Source: Tubulanus polymorphus
Taxonomy: Eukaryota > Animalia > Nemertea
Direction of reading: 5' to 3'
NCBI RefSeq assembly: GCF_964204645.1
Contig: NC_134026.1
Location: 28,864,150-28,928,149 of the forward strand
DNA length: 64,000 nucleotides
The notes beneath the pieces were generated by a model. That model saw nothing but the letters and a program-made list of their open reading frames with translations, was not told the DNA's origin and ran no database searches. Positions 10,601 through 35,182 of this stretch are shown piece after piece (the stretch's first letter is position 1; every line of letters begins with the position of its first letter). The translations under genes and the position numbers were made by a program.

Positions 10601-13600
10601 AATACTCACTGAGGGATTTGGCTGTTGCCGCGGGGAAAGCCGCACCACCCGGTTGTAATGGGACAGCACCCGTGCCACTACCTAGGGTAGTGGTCGGTAC
10701 TTTCAGCCAGTCATTACACGTATTATTCAAAATACCTGAAATAAGGATTTGCGATTTCATTCCAGTCATTCCATATTAAGACTTATTAAGTAAAGGAAAT
10801 GATCGTACTGTTTGGTCGCCAACCGATTCCAACCCAGGATGGTGTCTTCACGTCCAATATCATCTCAATCTCATTCGTACTCTGAAATACATAGATACTG
10901 GATGATGTAACTTAATCATGTTGCTTGGATTTCTGTCCCATGTCACACATTACTACTATGCCTATCCAGATGCGCTTACATTTAGTACTTTCCAGTATAG
11001 GATAAAATCACTGCGTAATGTTTGTTTCTGGTAAATATTGATGTCCTGATATGATTTGGGTAGTGAGGTAAGTGATGATTCTAAAAAGGAGAATTATACA
11101 TAAATCTAATATTATTTCTAGATGAGAAATATCTATTTCGAAAATAATAGTTTTAGGCGTTTCCTTCATGAACAGATTTTCAGGTGCACCTACTTCTATT
11201 ACAGTATTTGCCTATCCAGCCTTGGTAGCAATAGCATCGTCTTCTGGGGTATGTGACAGATGCCATGTCGTAACAGATACCATTATTGTTACAATCAGTT
11301 GTATCCCAACATTCATCTAAACAAAGTCACAGATATGTAGGTCCATAAATCGATATGTGATAAGTTGATCTTGAAGTACTGAACATACGGTATTTACCTT
11401 TGTACTGACAGAATGCCCCTGCGTAAAGCTTCGAACAAACGCACTTATTTCCATTCCAGCTACCATTTGATCCACAAGCGGCTGTCTTATTGAAAGAAGC
11501 TGAAAAAGACGAACACTACGTGAGCCATAGAATTACTGTACAGTCGTTTCTTTTTTTTACTTTCGTCACCGATGAACTAGCGATCCCACTTAAAAACAAA
11601 GATTTACAAACCTGTGGCAACAATGTTGACATCAGAACATGACCAATAGTAAGTGGTATTAGCCGAATCAAAAAGCAGAACCCGCAGGATACAATTCTGA
11701 CAGGTGTGAGCTGCGGGAAATGTCAATTGGAATTCCTCTTGTCTATAAAAAAAATTCACACGAAATGATAATTTAGTTCAATTCTCTTGGCATATCCTCT
11801 TCAAATGACTTACGTGTAGATAGCCGGTGCTCCAAACGTTGGTTGGTTAGCATTAACAGCTGGAATCACATTGGATATAAGCTTTCCCGTTGCATCCAAA
11901 ATTTGAACTATCAAACTTCCCTTTTGAAATTTAGAATAAAAAGAAAACATTCCAAGTAGAGTGATTTAAATAGAGATCACAAGTATGATCTAAAACAGCG
12001 ATTATTCCTGTTTTCATACACACCTTCTCTATAACTGCCACTCTAAACATGATTTTAACTGCGACTCCTGCTTCGATATTTACTGGATTTGTTCCTAAGT
12101 ATGAAATAGAAATACCCCCTTCATAATGTTATGGACAATTATATGGACAATGACGATCAGCAATCATTCATGTTATAATGTTTTGCTTTTGAAAATGATG
12201 CCGATTTTTGCAGTAAGTTATAGAGTCTAAGTCTTTCTTCCTGTTAATACAATTCGTTGAAATTTCGTTGGTATTTTTAACGTAAAGTACGTGGATTGAC
12301 CTGAGGGTCGATGGGGTGTTTTTCTCTTGAATCTGGTCTGGGCTTCATATTTAATCGCATCTGACCTAAAAATGCCCAGCGAAATTCTAGCCATAATGAA
12401 CGGCACTGTCCATAAATAATTGATAAAATCTGTATTACAGATAGAATTTTTTGACGATATTTTGTCGCTTTTATCATTTCATTAATGGGCAGGTCTCCCA
12501 ATAGACCTACTCACTACTTATATTTGCATACTTCAACATATTAGGCCAAGTACTGTTTTCGATACTCTTTTTCTGAACTCTGGTACTTGTATTAGTTACT
12601 TATATGTGAATGAACCACCCTTAGCAAGGTTTTACACGAATTGGTCATGAATATCCGCGAGCATATCGACCTAACTATCATTGAGTTCTTCTACAGTAGC
12701 TTTTTCCCTCGTGAATCTTATGGACTTAATAAAAATCGAATCCTTTATTCAAAAAATTATAAAATTCTTACAATAGAACAGCACCATTATTAATATGATT
12801 ATAAATATTAGTATATATATTATAATATATTGTCTCTGTGGCGCAATCGGTCAGCGCGAAGGTTGGTGGTTCAAGCCCACCCAGGGACGCTTTATACTTT
12901 TCACTTTATTCTAAAAATACATCCTTATGTATTTCTGCTGTATGAAAAGCTGTTACATTTTAATCTAGATTGATGTTTCTAACGCCTACTATATATTCAA
13001 AATATTTCGTTGCAATCGGTACAAGATATGGGTGTGAACGATCATGCATAAGTGCCATTAAAAATTCCACTGACGAATTCTGAGACTTTGTGGTTTTTAA
13101 GTAGGGCGTCGAGGAATAGGTTTCGAATTGACAAAATTGTTTACAGTTGAATCAACAGTGTGTATTTTTATTTTCTACCTAATGCCGACTCATTGGTTCA
13201 TCGGTGAAATTATGTTTGTCATTATATAACTGCGTTAACTTTTGCGTACTATAGAATAAACTTGTGTATTATTCAGACATTATGGCAATGCTCGTCGTCT
13301 TATTTGAAAAAAAAAGTATCACTTTTATAATTTGACTACTTTTTTCATTGTATATATATATACTATTCAATTCTATTCTTGATGACTGTCCCACGAACCA
13401 TAGTTTTATTTACCCCAGTGAAGAATACTTAGCTTTATGTATAATGACAATAGTAAACGTTTGGATAGTGGAAGAATTTGGGGTAAGGACGGGTGCGGTA
13501 TTTACTCACTGCAGTAATAAGGTGGCTTACTACAAATAGATACCTGTTTATTGACTGGATAGGTGCATTTACTATCATTTATTGAGCGACAAAATTGAAA

Positions 13601-14188
13601 TTCTACAATAATTATAATATTTCACTAGATTATTGTTTTCATTCATTTATGAACGTCCAAAGTGGTCCAAAATAAATACTTCTAATAATAAGAAACGAGA
13701 AAACTAAATATGCCAGTGCTCCACCCTACGTACGTAACTTCTTAAGTTAATATAGAAAACATATACGTATACGATTAAAAACATATGGACCAATAGAAAG
13801 GTTTTCTACAAAATAGGGTTCGATAAATATTATCTGAAAACACTTTTTCTGAAAAAAAAAATAATTTCATATTTTTTCTTCGCATACTTTTAGACTTTTG
13901 TTTGTGAATGAAATGAAAATGATCTGCGCAAATTAATGTTGATTTCAGTACATGTAAAAAGCAGTTTAAAATAAGTTAAAAATATGATTTCGCTTTAAAT
14001 TGATACATAGATAACATACCGGGTGTTTTATCCATTCCACCGCAAATCGGATTGGTATTTTTGTAGTTGAGATTATCGAAAGCGTATCTTCTCGCTGGTG
14101 GCCAAAGTAACGAAATATGACCGCTACATTGATGGAACATCATCAAAGCCGAGATGGATATTCCAAGGTATAACTTGAATACATCCAT
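4613..14188 (-). CDS. Giant type I membrane protein (~2139 aa): signal peptide, His1 LPMO-like domain, 2x EGF, DOMON, TM, Cys-rich repeat and Lys/Asp/Ser-rich cytoplasmic tail
   Basis: 14 phase-consistent GT-AG exons: 14188-14020, 12094-12024, 11920-11814, 11742-11612, 11499-11398, 11316-11194, 11080-10980, 10881-10809, 10735-10610, 10531-10334, 10250-10032, 9951-9916, 9837-5117, 4855-4613 (sum 6420 nt). Motifs: CSG|HISLLWPPARRY..PICGG..TCQNCILR..YYWSCSDV; CGSNGSWNGNKCVCSKLYAGAFC; ECWDTTDCNNNGIC..RCYCYQGWIGKYC; LYWKVL..IEMILDVKTPSWVGIGW..SMTCLDMVI..FRKKL..DHDF..KYHGPNGRG; TM LLVAVILLAVLLALLIIICIVFG. Confidence 0.85.
8671..9243 (-). repeat. Coding minisatellite, 108-bp (36-aa) unit, about 5.3 near-identical copies
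   Basis: gcacagttttagtttcaccatctg recurs at 8671, 8779, 8887, 8995, 9103, 9211; encodes CSPCCAAQTSDEEIVVGADGETKTVRRKKKGGKSCA. Confidence 0.95.
12832..12889 (+). pseudogene. tRNA-Asn(GTT)-derived sequence lacking the anticodon arm
   Basis: GTCTCTGTGGCGCAATCGGTCAGCGCG joined directly to AAGGTTGGTGGTTCAAGCCCACCCAGGGACG matches the 5' and 3' halves of the canonical metazoan tRNA-Asn. About 16 nt (TTCGGCTGTTAACCGA) are missing. Acceptor stem GTCTCTG/CAGGGAC still pairs. Confidence 0.88.
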
Positions 14189-15127
14189 CTTGTGACGAGG
14201 TTTTAAAAGGAAGTAGCCAAATGATTATCAAAGAAACGACAGGACATTTCCCATATACAGCTCATTGGTTCACTACTCAGAACCCAAAACTATAAGTGGG
14301 TAGAATATCGAGCTCACAGCACTAAAGAGTGAAGTAGACTGTTCTAATATTATATTGCATAGGTATATATATGGATTGATTCTTTTGTCATTTAAAATTC
14401 ATATCACATACTAATCAAATTGCGGCAGTATACTTTGTGCTCGACAGGCGTGTTTTAAATACCTGCTTTAAGATGAATCGCGCATTCCATTCAAGCAACA
14501 CGTTCAATATGTTTATGAATCGTAGAAAAAGTTGTCTAAGAATTTATAATATATACTAAGAGAACAAAGCAACAGCGACAACGTTCTCAGCAATCAAACA
14601 CAGAAATATTTGTGTCTTAGGCTACGGAAGCGTCCTGGGGACATAATTAATTTTTTTTGCTGATTGAAAAATCATAAAATTAATTATGAATTCGATTTTT
14701 TATAAACTGTTATGTTGTTCCGACCGGCGTTGATTTAATACGGATTTATGCCATCCGTATCCGTATGGGGGTCGTCGCGTTAACTCCAAAAAGGGAAAAT
14801 AGTATTGACGTCAACTCCGATGAGTCTCAATACTCCCAATTTCAAAAGCGTTTCATTACTTCAAATGTCATTACCGGTTCTCCGAGGGACAACATTCCTG
14901 GCCTTTTTGTGGGTACCAGGGGCTAGCTAATATGACAATATCCTAGCTGGTGGGTACCGCGTAATACCAAAAACGACACCTGTTTTAAGTCATCCAGTCT
15001 AAAACCTACGCCATTAGATTTTAAATGACAATGAAATACATGTGATTAAAAGAAACAACGTTTATTTTAATGGAGAAATGCCTTATAGTCGTACGCATGA
15101 ATCACACCTACATTAAATCAATAATTA

Positions 15128-15391
15128 CAGGGGCGGATCTAGGGGTCATGTCGGGTGTCCGGACCCCCCCCCCCTCAACTTTGAAGTGCCCTCAAAAATG
15201 TCACCCACAAAATTTTTTTGACCAAGGTTTTCCACCTATAATATTTTTTCAACGCATGAAATGACCGAAACCACCCCCTAAAATTGTGTAGAAGTATCCG
15301 GAGTACGTGGTGTTTCGTAAAAAGTTCCCCATTTTCTCATTGGACTCCCCCCCCCCCCCCCCCCCAATGAAAAATCCTAGATCCGCCCCTG
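15128..15391. mobile_element. Non-autonomous DNA transposon (MITE, probably hAT type)
   Basis: Perfect 16-bp TIRs CAGGGGCGGATCTAGG / CCTAGATCCGCCCCTG with internal poly-C tracts. TSD not recognisable. A degraded relative lies at about 44109-44271. Confidence 0.8.
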
Positions 15392-15510
15392 ATCATAACC
15401 ACCTTCATATTGACACAATTACAACTGAAACGTCGTTATACTCTTACACACAAAAACAGTTACTGCCACTGGTACTAAATGTAATAAAAATCCCCTCGTA
15501 TGTGTTCCAT

Positions 15511-15617
15511 TAGTTAGTTAACTAATCGTTGGTGGCAAGCTTTTACAACCGGATGGGCTTATACCAACGTGAAAATATCCGATCGTTAAACTAAACCACA
15601 GACAGGTTACTGACTGA
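15511..15617 (+). mobile_element. Small (~110-120 bp) MITE with TAGT(T/C)AGT(T/A)ACCT-like termini
   Basis: Shares tcgttggtggcaagctttt..ggatgggcttataccaac and aaatatccgatcg..aactaaaccacagacaggttactgact with several copies at 62123-63463. Confidence 0.7.
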
Positions 15618-15781
15618 TGTTCCATAAGACGATTAAAAAACTTCCTTTGAACGAACAAAGAACCTTGATGCAACTATTGACAATTTATTTTCAAATTTTT
15701 TTTACAACAATAACAAAAGGTCTTACAATAATTGCTTTATAAAATTAAGATTTCTAATATCAAAATTAAGATTTCTAAATA

Positions 15782-16496
15782 TCATAACACGTCGGGTTTT
15801 GGTGAATGTTCTTCAACGCAGTCATTAAATGTTTGATATAAAGACATACAACGTTCTACTGAAGTAGGATTTACACGTATGCACTGATTATATTTATCAA
15901 ACACATTCGCACAATCCAATTTGATTTTCTTAATCACCGGACTGAAAGAGAAAATACATCATGAAGAAAGTGAATATCTTGCCGACACGAAAAGCACAAT
16001 TTTATCACAACTTTACACTAATAAAAATGACAATATTACTACATTTTGCTATATCTAGGCTTAGATTTAGGATTAGAGTTAATAATTTTAGGGCTGGAAT
16101 TAGGAGCAGGGTTAGTACGTTGTCCTTGGAGAAACAGGGGAATCTGTACATTGTCTACAATTAACTAACTGTGTATCTGAACAGCGAGCAACTGATAGTC
16201 TCAACATGTCGCATGTAGATGGCCACGAATGAGGATGTTTTTCGACACATTCTGCATATTTTGACATTTCAGAACTACAATGTTTCATCACTAGTTTCAT
16301 CGTGGCATCCCTACACAAAAAAGAAAAAAAAATATTTAAAACAGCTAGAAATCTGTCCGTTATCATCCATGCCCGCCGGCATCGCTATCGTCAGACCGGG
16401 GTGTCACACAGACAGTACGCTTTTAATACCGACGTCGGACGTGGTGACGGTAGGAAAAAACCCCAATAAATGGAAAATATACTTTTCAACTCACAT
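15782..16496 (-). CDS. CHCHD5: CHCHD5, mitochondrial intermembrane-space protein with four CX9C motifs
   Basis: Exons 16496-16495 (AT|gtgagt), 16310-16170, 15941-15782. MDATMKLVMKHC-SSEMSKYAE-C..C-DMLRLSVAR-C..HPVIKKIKLDC-ANVFDKYNQ-C..C-MSLYQTFND-C. The start codon is split by an intron. Confidence 0.88.
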
Positions 16497-16905
16497 GATT
16501 TGATTATTAGACAGAATTTATACTCTTAGTTGACTAACATGCTAAAATTCTCAAAATTGTCCACTTCAAAAACTTTGCAGCTTCCTAAACAATAAAATTT
16601 GATTGAAAACAAGTTAAAAGCAGTATGTCGTATGAAGGATCTGGCAAACATTGGATAGCTCCGAGAATAGATATGAGACCAGGGTTTGACTTGACGATGC
16701 CTTTTAAAATATGAAATTGAATTTGATAGTTATTAATTATTACTGAATGCTAATTTTCTAATTGATAGTTTATATACCCTGTACATATCAACAATCAATA
16801 AATTGAATTGAATTCATGAGGAAATCCCGCCGGAAGTGATAAGGATCCGCGACCTTCAAAAAGTGTTTATCTGTTTCTAAGTAATGGCGGTGGCCTAAAA
16901 ATGGG
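16497..16905. promoter_or_regulatory. Putative bidirectional promoter between CHCHD5 and C5orf22
   Basis: Divergent genes with starts under 0.7 kb apart; ETS/GABP-type CCGGAAGTG at 16830-16838 and YY1-like AATGGCGG at 16883-16890. Confidence 0.5.
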
Positions 16906-17159
16906 TATGAATTTAAAACGTTTTTTTTTCTTCTAATTAATCTTGCAGGGAATTGCTAATTGTTTATGAAAACCAGTAAATTAATCATGACTTTTTTCAC
17001 ATTTCAGCTGCCAGGCACTCCTGACCTTTTTGCTTCTAAAAGTTCATCCTGTGCAAGTAGTGCAATGGTCGTCAGTGTCAGTGCAATTAATTGCCAATTG
17101 AATGTGTAATAAATTCTTCAATCAAGTTCTTTCAACAACTGCCTGGAACCAGTTAATGA

Positions 17160-18353
17160 ATGATGGCCTCAGCATCATCAGTGAAGAAGGGAATGCGGCG
17201 GTTCTCGGCGTTACCAGTTTATGTAGTTGATGACCACAATGAAGTTCTACCATTCATATACCGATGCATCGGCTCCAAACATCTTCCGATGTCCGGAATA
17301 AAGATCATTCATTTTGACGCGCATCCTGATCTTTTGATTCCCGCTGAATATCCCGCCGACAAAGTGTTCAACAAGGACGAACTTTTTGAAGTTTTGAGTA
17401 TCGAAAATTGGATAATGCCGGCCGTTTACGCAGGTCACATAGATTCAGTGGACTGGGTTAAACCGGCGTGGGCGCAGCAAATACGAGAAACAACAATGAA
17501 AATTACTGTGGGAAAACATCGAACATCTGGAACTATAAAACTGAACAATACTGAAACATATTTCATGAGTGAACTATTATACGCTCCGAACAGTGAGCTT
17601 CTCAATCAGAAAGGGTTAAACGTTTCCGTTAAAACTCTTCCTCATATCCTGAGAGCTAATAATCCTGTAGCAGGGGAACCAGATTCCTCGGAGCACCAAA
17701 AACATGGTTTAAAAAGATCTGCATCTGGGGATTTTATAACTCAATGTGATGATCAGTTTTTCATTCTGGATATTGATTTGGATTTCTTTTCAACTGTGAA
17801 TCCATTCAAATCTATATATACTGAACATCAGTATTCATTGTTGAAACAGATTTTCCGTTTTCAGCCACCGACAAACTCTAGTGAGAAATCTATCCAAATG
17901 TGCCTGGAAAATCGACAGAAACAACTCGCTGAAATTAGGCTTTTTATCAAGGAAGCCGTGCTGGAAAATAAAACCTCAAAAACTTCAATTACCGGTAATG
18001 AAAATATTTCAATGCGTAGGAAATTGGTCCATGAACTGATTTCTGAAATATGTGCTAAAACCTCTGAAGAAATTGATATTGATCAAATCATGCAAACAGG
18101 TTTCACTTGTGATGACGACAGTGAACTTCCTCATCATATTAGTTCCGATGAGGAAATTCACCGATTAATACTTAATGTCAGCGATTATCTGAAAGATTTA
18201 CCTCATAAACCGACTATAGTTACGATAGCTAGATCGAGTAGTGATGAGTATTGTCCATTAGATCAAGTTGATCAGATTCAATCGTTGGTTTTTGACTTAC
18301 TTACCAAACATTACGGTGAATTAAATGTAACCTTGAAATATAAGGATGATTGA
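17160..18353 (+). CDS. C5orf22: UPF0489 family protein (C5orf22 homologue), single coding exon
   Basis: LPVYVVDDHNEVLPFIYRCIGSKHLP, HFDAHPDL, LSIENWIMPAVYAGH, ILDIDLDFFSTVNPF, ELPHHIS and TIARSSSDEYCP motifs. Confidence 0.92.
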   Translation: MMASASSVKKGMRRFSALPVYVVDDHNEVLPFIYRCIGSKHLPMSGIKIIHFDAHPDLLIPAEYPADKVFNKDELFEVLSIENWIMPAVYAGHIDSVDWVKPAWAQQIRETTMKITVGKHRTSGTIKLNNTETYFMSELLYAPNSELLNQKGLNVSVKTLPHILRANNPVAGEPDSSEHQKHGLKRSASGDFITQCDDQFFILDIDLDFFSTVNPFKSIYTEHQYSLLKQIFRFQPPTNSSEKSIQMCLENRQKQLAEIRLFIKEAVLENKTSKTSITGNENISMRRKLVHELISEICAKTSEEIDIDQIMQTGFTCDDDSELPHHISSDEEIHRLILNVSDYLKDLPHKPTIVTIARSSSDEYCPLDQVDQIQSLVFDLLTKHYGELNVTLKYKDD

Positions 18354-21300
18354 ATTTCCAAACACACGTATTTTTCTCCTTAATTTTTATTTGATGCAGT
18401 CCGTTTCGGGAAGTGTTTTCATTTTGGATGAGCAACTGGAATTACAAAGAGTAGGCAGACATCAACTTAACTGTGCTGCATGGTTTAATAGCAAGTCTAC
18501 TTAGAGCTACATTACTTGGTGCTCCTTTTTGGAAAAAAGTTGTTTAAACTATGATTTATGCTTATTTTTTCACAAGAAATGCTACTTTTTGACTTAAAAA
18601 TTATCTGAAAAATATTTGCGATACTTGGTGTTGATCAAATTATCTTAACCCAAGCATGCATCATTCCTGGGCCCTTGGGCATGAGTGACATAAGTGATAT
18701 TTATTAGTCCGGTGAGATCTGAGGAAAGTGAAAACCCCTGTGATTGTGAAATATTGATAACTGCTGTTCAGTCTTTGGCAAGTGAGTATTATTAGTTCAT
18801 GTTTTCCACACTATCGTTATACTGCACTAGATGGTGTAGATCATTATTTTTATCGTGGCAGGCGAACAGGGTGAATTGTTTCAATCGCCGAATGCTTTAT
18901 TTATTGAAATCATTCTCATAGATTAAGACTTTTAATTGATTCCGTCTGATTTTTCATTTTGGTTGAAGTTAAAGAACTGTATGTCTTGCTTAGTTTTACT
19001 AAAGTCTATACTATAGAAACCATGGGCAGAGTTTAAAAATTTTCTTATCTGAGTAGAGTAGATATGGACAAATATTTTCCTTGGTTTCCTCTGAAAAGAA
19101 GTAGATGATGATGTTGTTAACATGTGACCCCTGCGTGAAGTGAGAAACCAAAATGAACAAATGGAGATATGCCTATTTATTTACATCTGTAAAATCTCAA
19201 ATTTATTGCAGAATATAAAGATTTTTTTCTAATAATTTGTACAGACTGTTATACAAGGTAATATTGAGGGTGAAACTAATACAATAGCATTATACATATT
19301 TGTAGACAATAACATCCATCCAAGACAATACAAATATATTCAATCAATGATCACAGTCCACTTAAAAAACAAATACCACGTTTAGAATATTGAACCAGCT
19401 CTAATATAGATAAATACATGCGTTTAATCTTGTGCTAAAATAAATTTAAATATCATTATAATTTGTTAAAGATAATTCAATACATGAAATTCTGATCGTT
19501 TGATGAAAATGCTAAATTTGAAATCGTTTATTATCCCTGAAATCCAGATGTATCTACGTATTCTAAACATTGATTTCGTTGAATAATGTTTTGCAAGTTG
19601 TAATGCGTAAAGTCTTCATCTATGAATTAATAAGATAATGATCCATGCAAGAAGTTTATATAATGCAAACAGAAGCGAACCGATGGACAAGCTAACAATT
19701 GAAATATGACTAGCTAAGAGGCATGTACCTTAACACAATAGTCTCATTACATAGATCAACTTAAAATCATTGACATTTGCGTGCAAGTTCTCGATATATA
19801 ATGTATATAGTGTAGCGTACATAGCCCAACATAATCACAACAGATCCACATGATCGATTCAACTGTACAAAATAGAGATGCCTTATACTCATCACCCTCA
19901 AAATTACTGTACATTAAAAAACTCACATTCCACTATACAGTTTGTGTCCATATGTGATGTGCATATATCTATAGCTTACACGTATTACAAAAGAATTTCC
20001 GATTATTAATAAATCACGTTTGCTGATGGATGACTTGATTCACTCAGCAAAAATGACCGTCTTTCTGGGCAACAACTCAGAACTACAGGTAATACTGCAC
20101 TCCTTTATCAAGTCACCGCGTTAATCAGAAGTTGTGAAAGTCATTTGAGGCAATAAACTTAATGAAAAGGTTTATCTACAAAGAATAAGTGACCTGAACC
20201 CAGTTCCATAGTTCAGGTTCAGATTTGACTATAGTGTTTATTTCATCATTCAACGCAATGAGTCTAATCTTTCACCCGCGGAACTGGAATAATGAGTCTA
20301 GCATATCACATATTGACATCGAGTCCACTTAGTGATAAAGATTTCTTCATGGCTAATGAGTTTTTATCCATTTTACTCGGGATAAAATCCACTTACCAGT
20401 CATCCATAATAATAACAACTTATGCATATCACATTCATATTATTATTAGAAGTATATGTAGTAATATCATTATAAGATATACCCGGTTTATGAAAATAAA
20501 TTTGGAATTTTGTTGTCAAAGCCCTGCCACATTTGCTACAATTATTAATCCGTAATTCATCAATTCATTGCAAGCTAAATATATCTGTACTTGAATGCTA
20601 TATATATTTTTCATTCATTTACACATTTCATTAATAATAATAATAATATTAATATCAACCATTATTATTTATATCAATAGAACTATATATACAAACATAT
20701 AATACAATAATAAAACTATCTTTTAACAAAGAGGACATCTGACAGCACAGATTAAAATGAAGTTTGCTTTGCTGTTGTTGTTTTTAAGATTGCACATGTG
20801 TAATTATTACGTACAAGCACAACAGCATAGCATCGTTTAGAAAAAAGTGCTGCCCTCTACCTATAGAAAGATAATGACAATGATTTGATGCAATGAAATA
20901 CACAAAATCTTACACGAGTCCCGCTCTCCCTAAAAATGAAGACAACACATTGTATATTTTCTTCATAATACTTGCCAAGATCATTATCTCTAAGGCATTG
21001 TTTATCAATAATGTATGTTTCTGTTTGCTGATATCAAACACAATAAAACCCATGGCACTTATAAAATACCCATTCATTCAAATGGAATTCACTAAAACTG
21101 TGGTGATCTCATCTCTCACCCCTGTGTGTGCGTGTGTGTGTATGTAAATATGTATATCTATAGCTTTTGGTACATCGAGTAAAGGTGAAAACACTTCAAA
21201 AGCAAGGAACACTGAACTCTCAATTCTTACAGCAAAACAGATGACATGTTCCATTAATGTATAGCCCATGACCGTATTTTCACATGACTGAATTTACTAG

Positions 21301-22073
21301 TACCTGTTATTAACATCTCACAGTCCCAAAAAGTTTTATATTTTCAGGCATCTTATATGAGTCAATTACCTAACTGTGAATTCTACCATCCAAAGTTGCT
21401 ACATTCAATTCTATTCAATTGATCGTTCGTTCGAAAGTGATTGTTTTCTAAGATAATGAGCTTCTTCATCCAGGTGACATTTACTACCAGAAATACCGCA
21501 TGATCTAACTGATGACAGTAACACAAAACAGATTTGAAGTACCAGCACTTCAGTAGTGCCGCAAGACCAGAGCCAAACTACAATTGATCAAACCTAGGCT
21601 AACAAAACAAGATGCAGACATTTGGCACTTAAATAAAGCCGATAGATTGTAGTTTGTTCTTCGCTAATCATGCATATAGCGCATGGAGCAAATTATCTGA
21701 GTATTCAAACACTGAAGAAGCCGTGCACCGATTTATGTAAGCCCACATTAGTTTTACCATACACAACCCAAACCTATAGATATATACGTAATATATGGCG
21801 TCGCTCACTGCTGAGATACTGATGATTACACCGTTATATTTACACTTAGAAGGTACCCATCTAGACAAATGATTATAAATGCAAATCAACAGAAATGTGC
21901 AGCACCAACGAAGTCAGAAATCAACGATGAAAGGTTATATAGCATTGTCATCATCATTATTTCGCTATCTGGCACTGATCAGCACAATCTGCACACATAT
22001 TTCCATCACAGTGCCGAGCTATCTTGCAGATATGATTACTCGCTGACTTCACCAGAATCGGGAGTGGCGGAAA

Positions 22074-34566
<12,493 letters not shown>

Positions 34567-35182
34567 TACTGTGAACGATTGCTTATTGCTTGATCGAAGA
34601 CACAAGCGCTCGATATTGCGCGCCACGAATAAAGCAGGTTCGAATCCTCTATTATAGCCAGATCTGAAAAAAGGCACAGAATTTAGATTTTCGAAAACTT
34701 TTGATAGATGTTTGCTCGAGAGATTATTCAAAAATTTCTGAGCAGTAAATTTACGTTCATTCATATCATGATATGAATTTTTGAAATCGACGCGCCGGAT
34801 CTGAGCGGAAATTATCCTCACGCACCAGTGACGGCTTCTAATCTCGTGACGAATGACGTCATCGTGGAGAGTCACTGACGCGTGATTTATCTATCTCTGA
34901 CGCTGTCCGACGCAATAATACCTGGTAAATAGGTAACGCAATTACATTAACACTGACTTACAGGATTTTAACGTTTGAAACAACAGGTAAACTGGAGTCT
35001 CTTAGGAATAGATCATTCGAAAAAGTGCAGAAAACGACCGGTGCTGGGAGATTACTCTCTCTACCACCACTAACTCACAGTCACTCACTCACAGTCACAG
35101 GGACAGTCACAATTTACTCATTCATTCATTGCTTTCCTTTTCACTTCTCCAGTGATTGTAGAAAGAAACAAAAAGAAACAAG

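Noticed and set aside
16055-16116. TTAGGG-like tract in a CHCHD5 intron (similar at ~23272 and ~54785)
   Set aside because: Highly degenerate and short; more likely a repeat remnant than an interstitial telomere.
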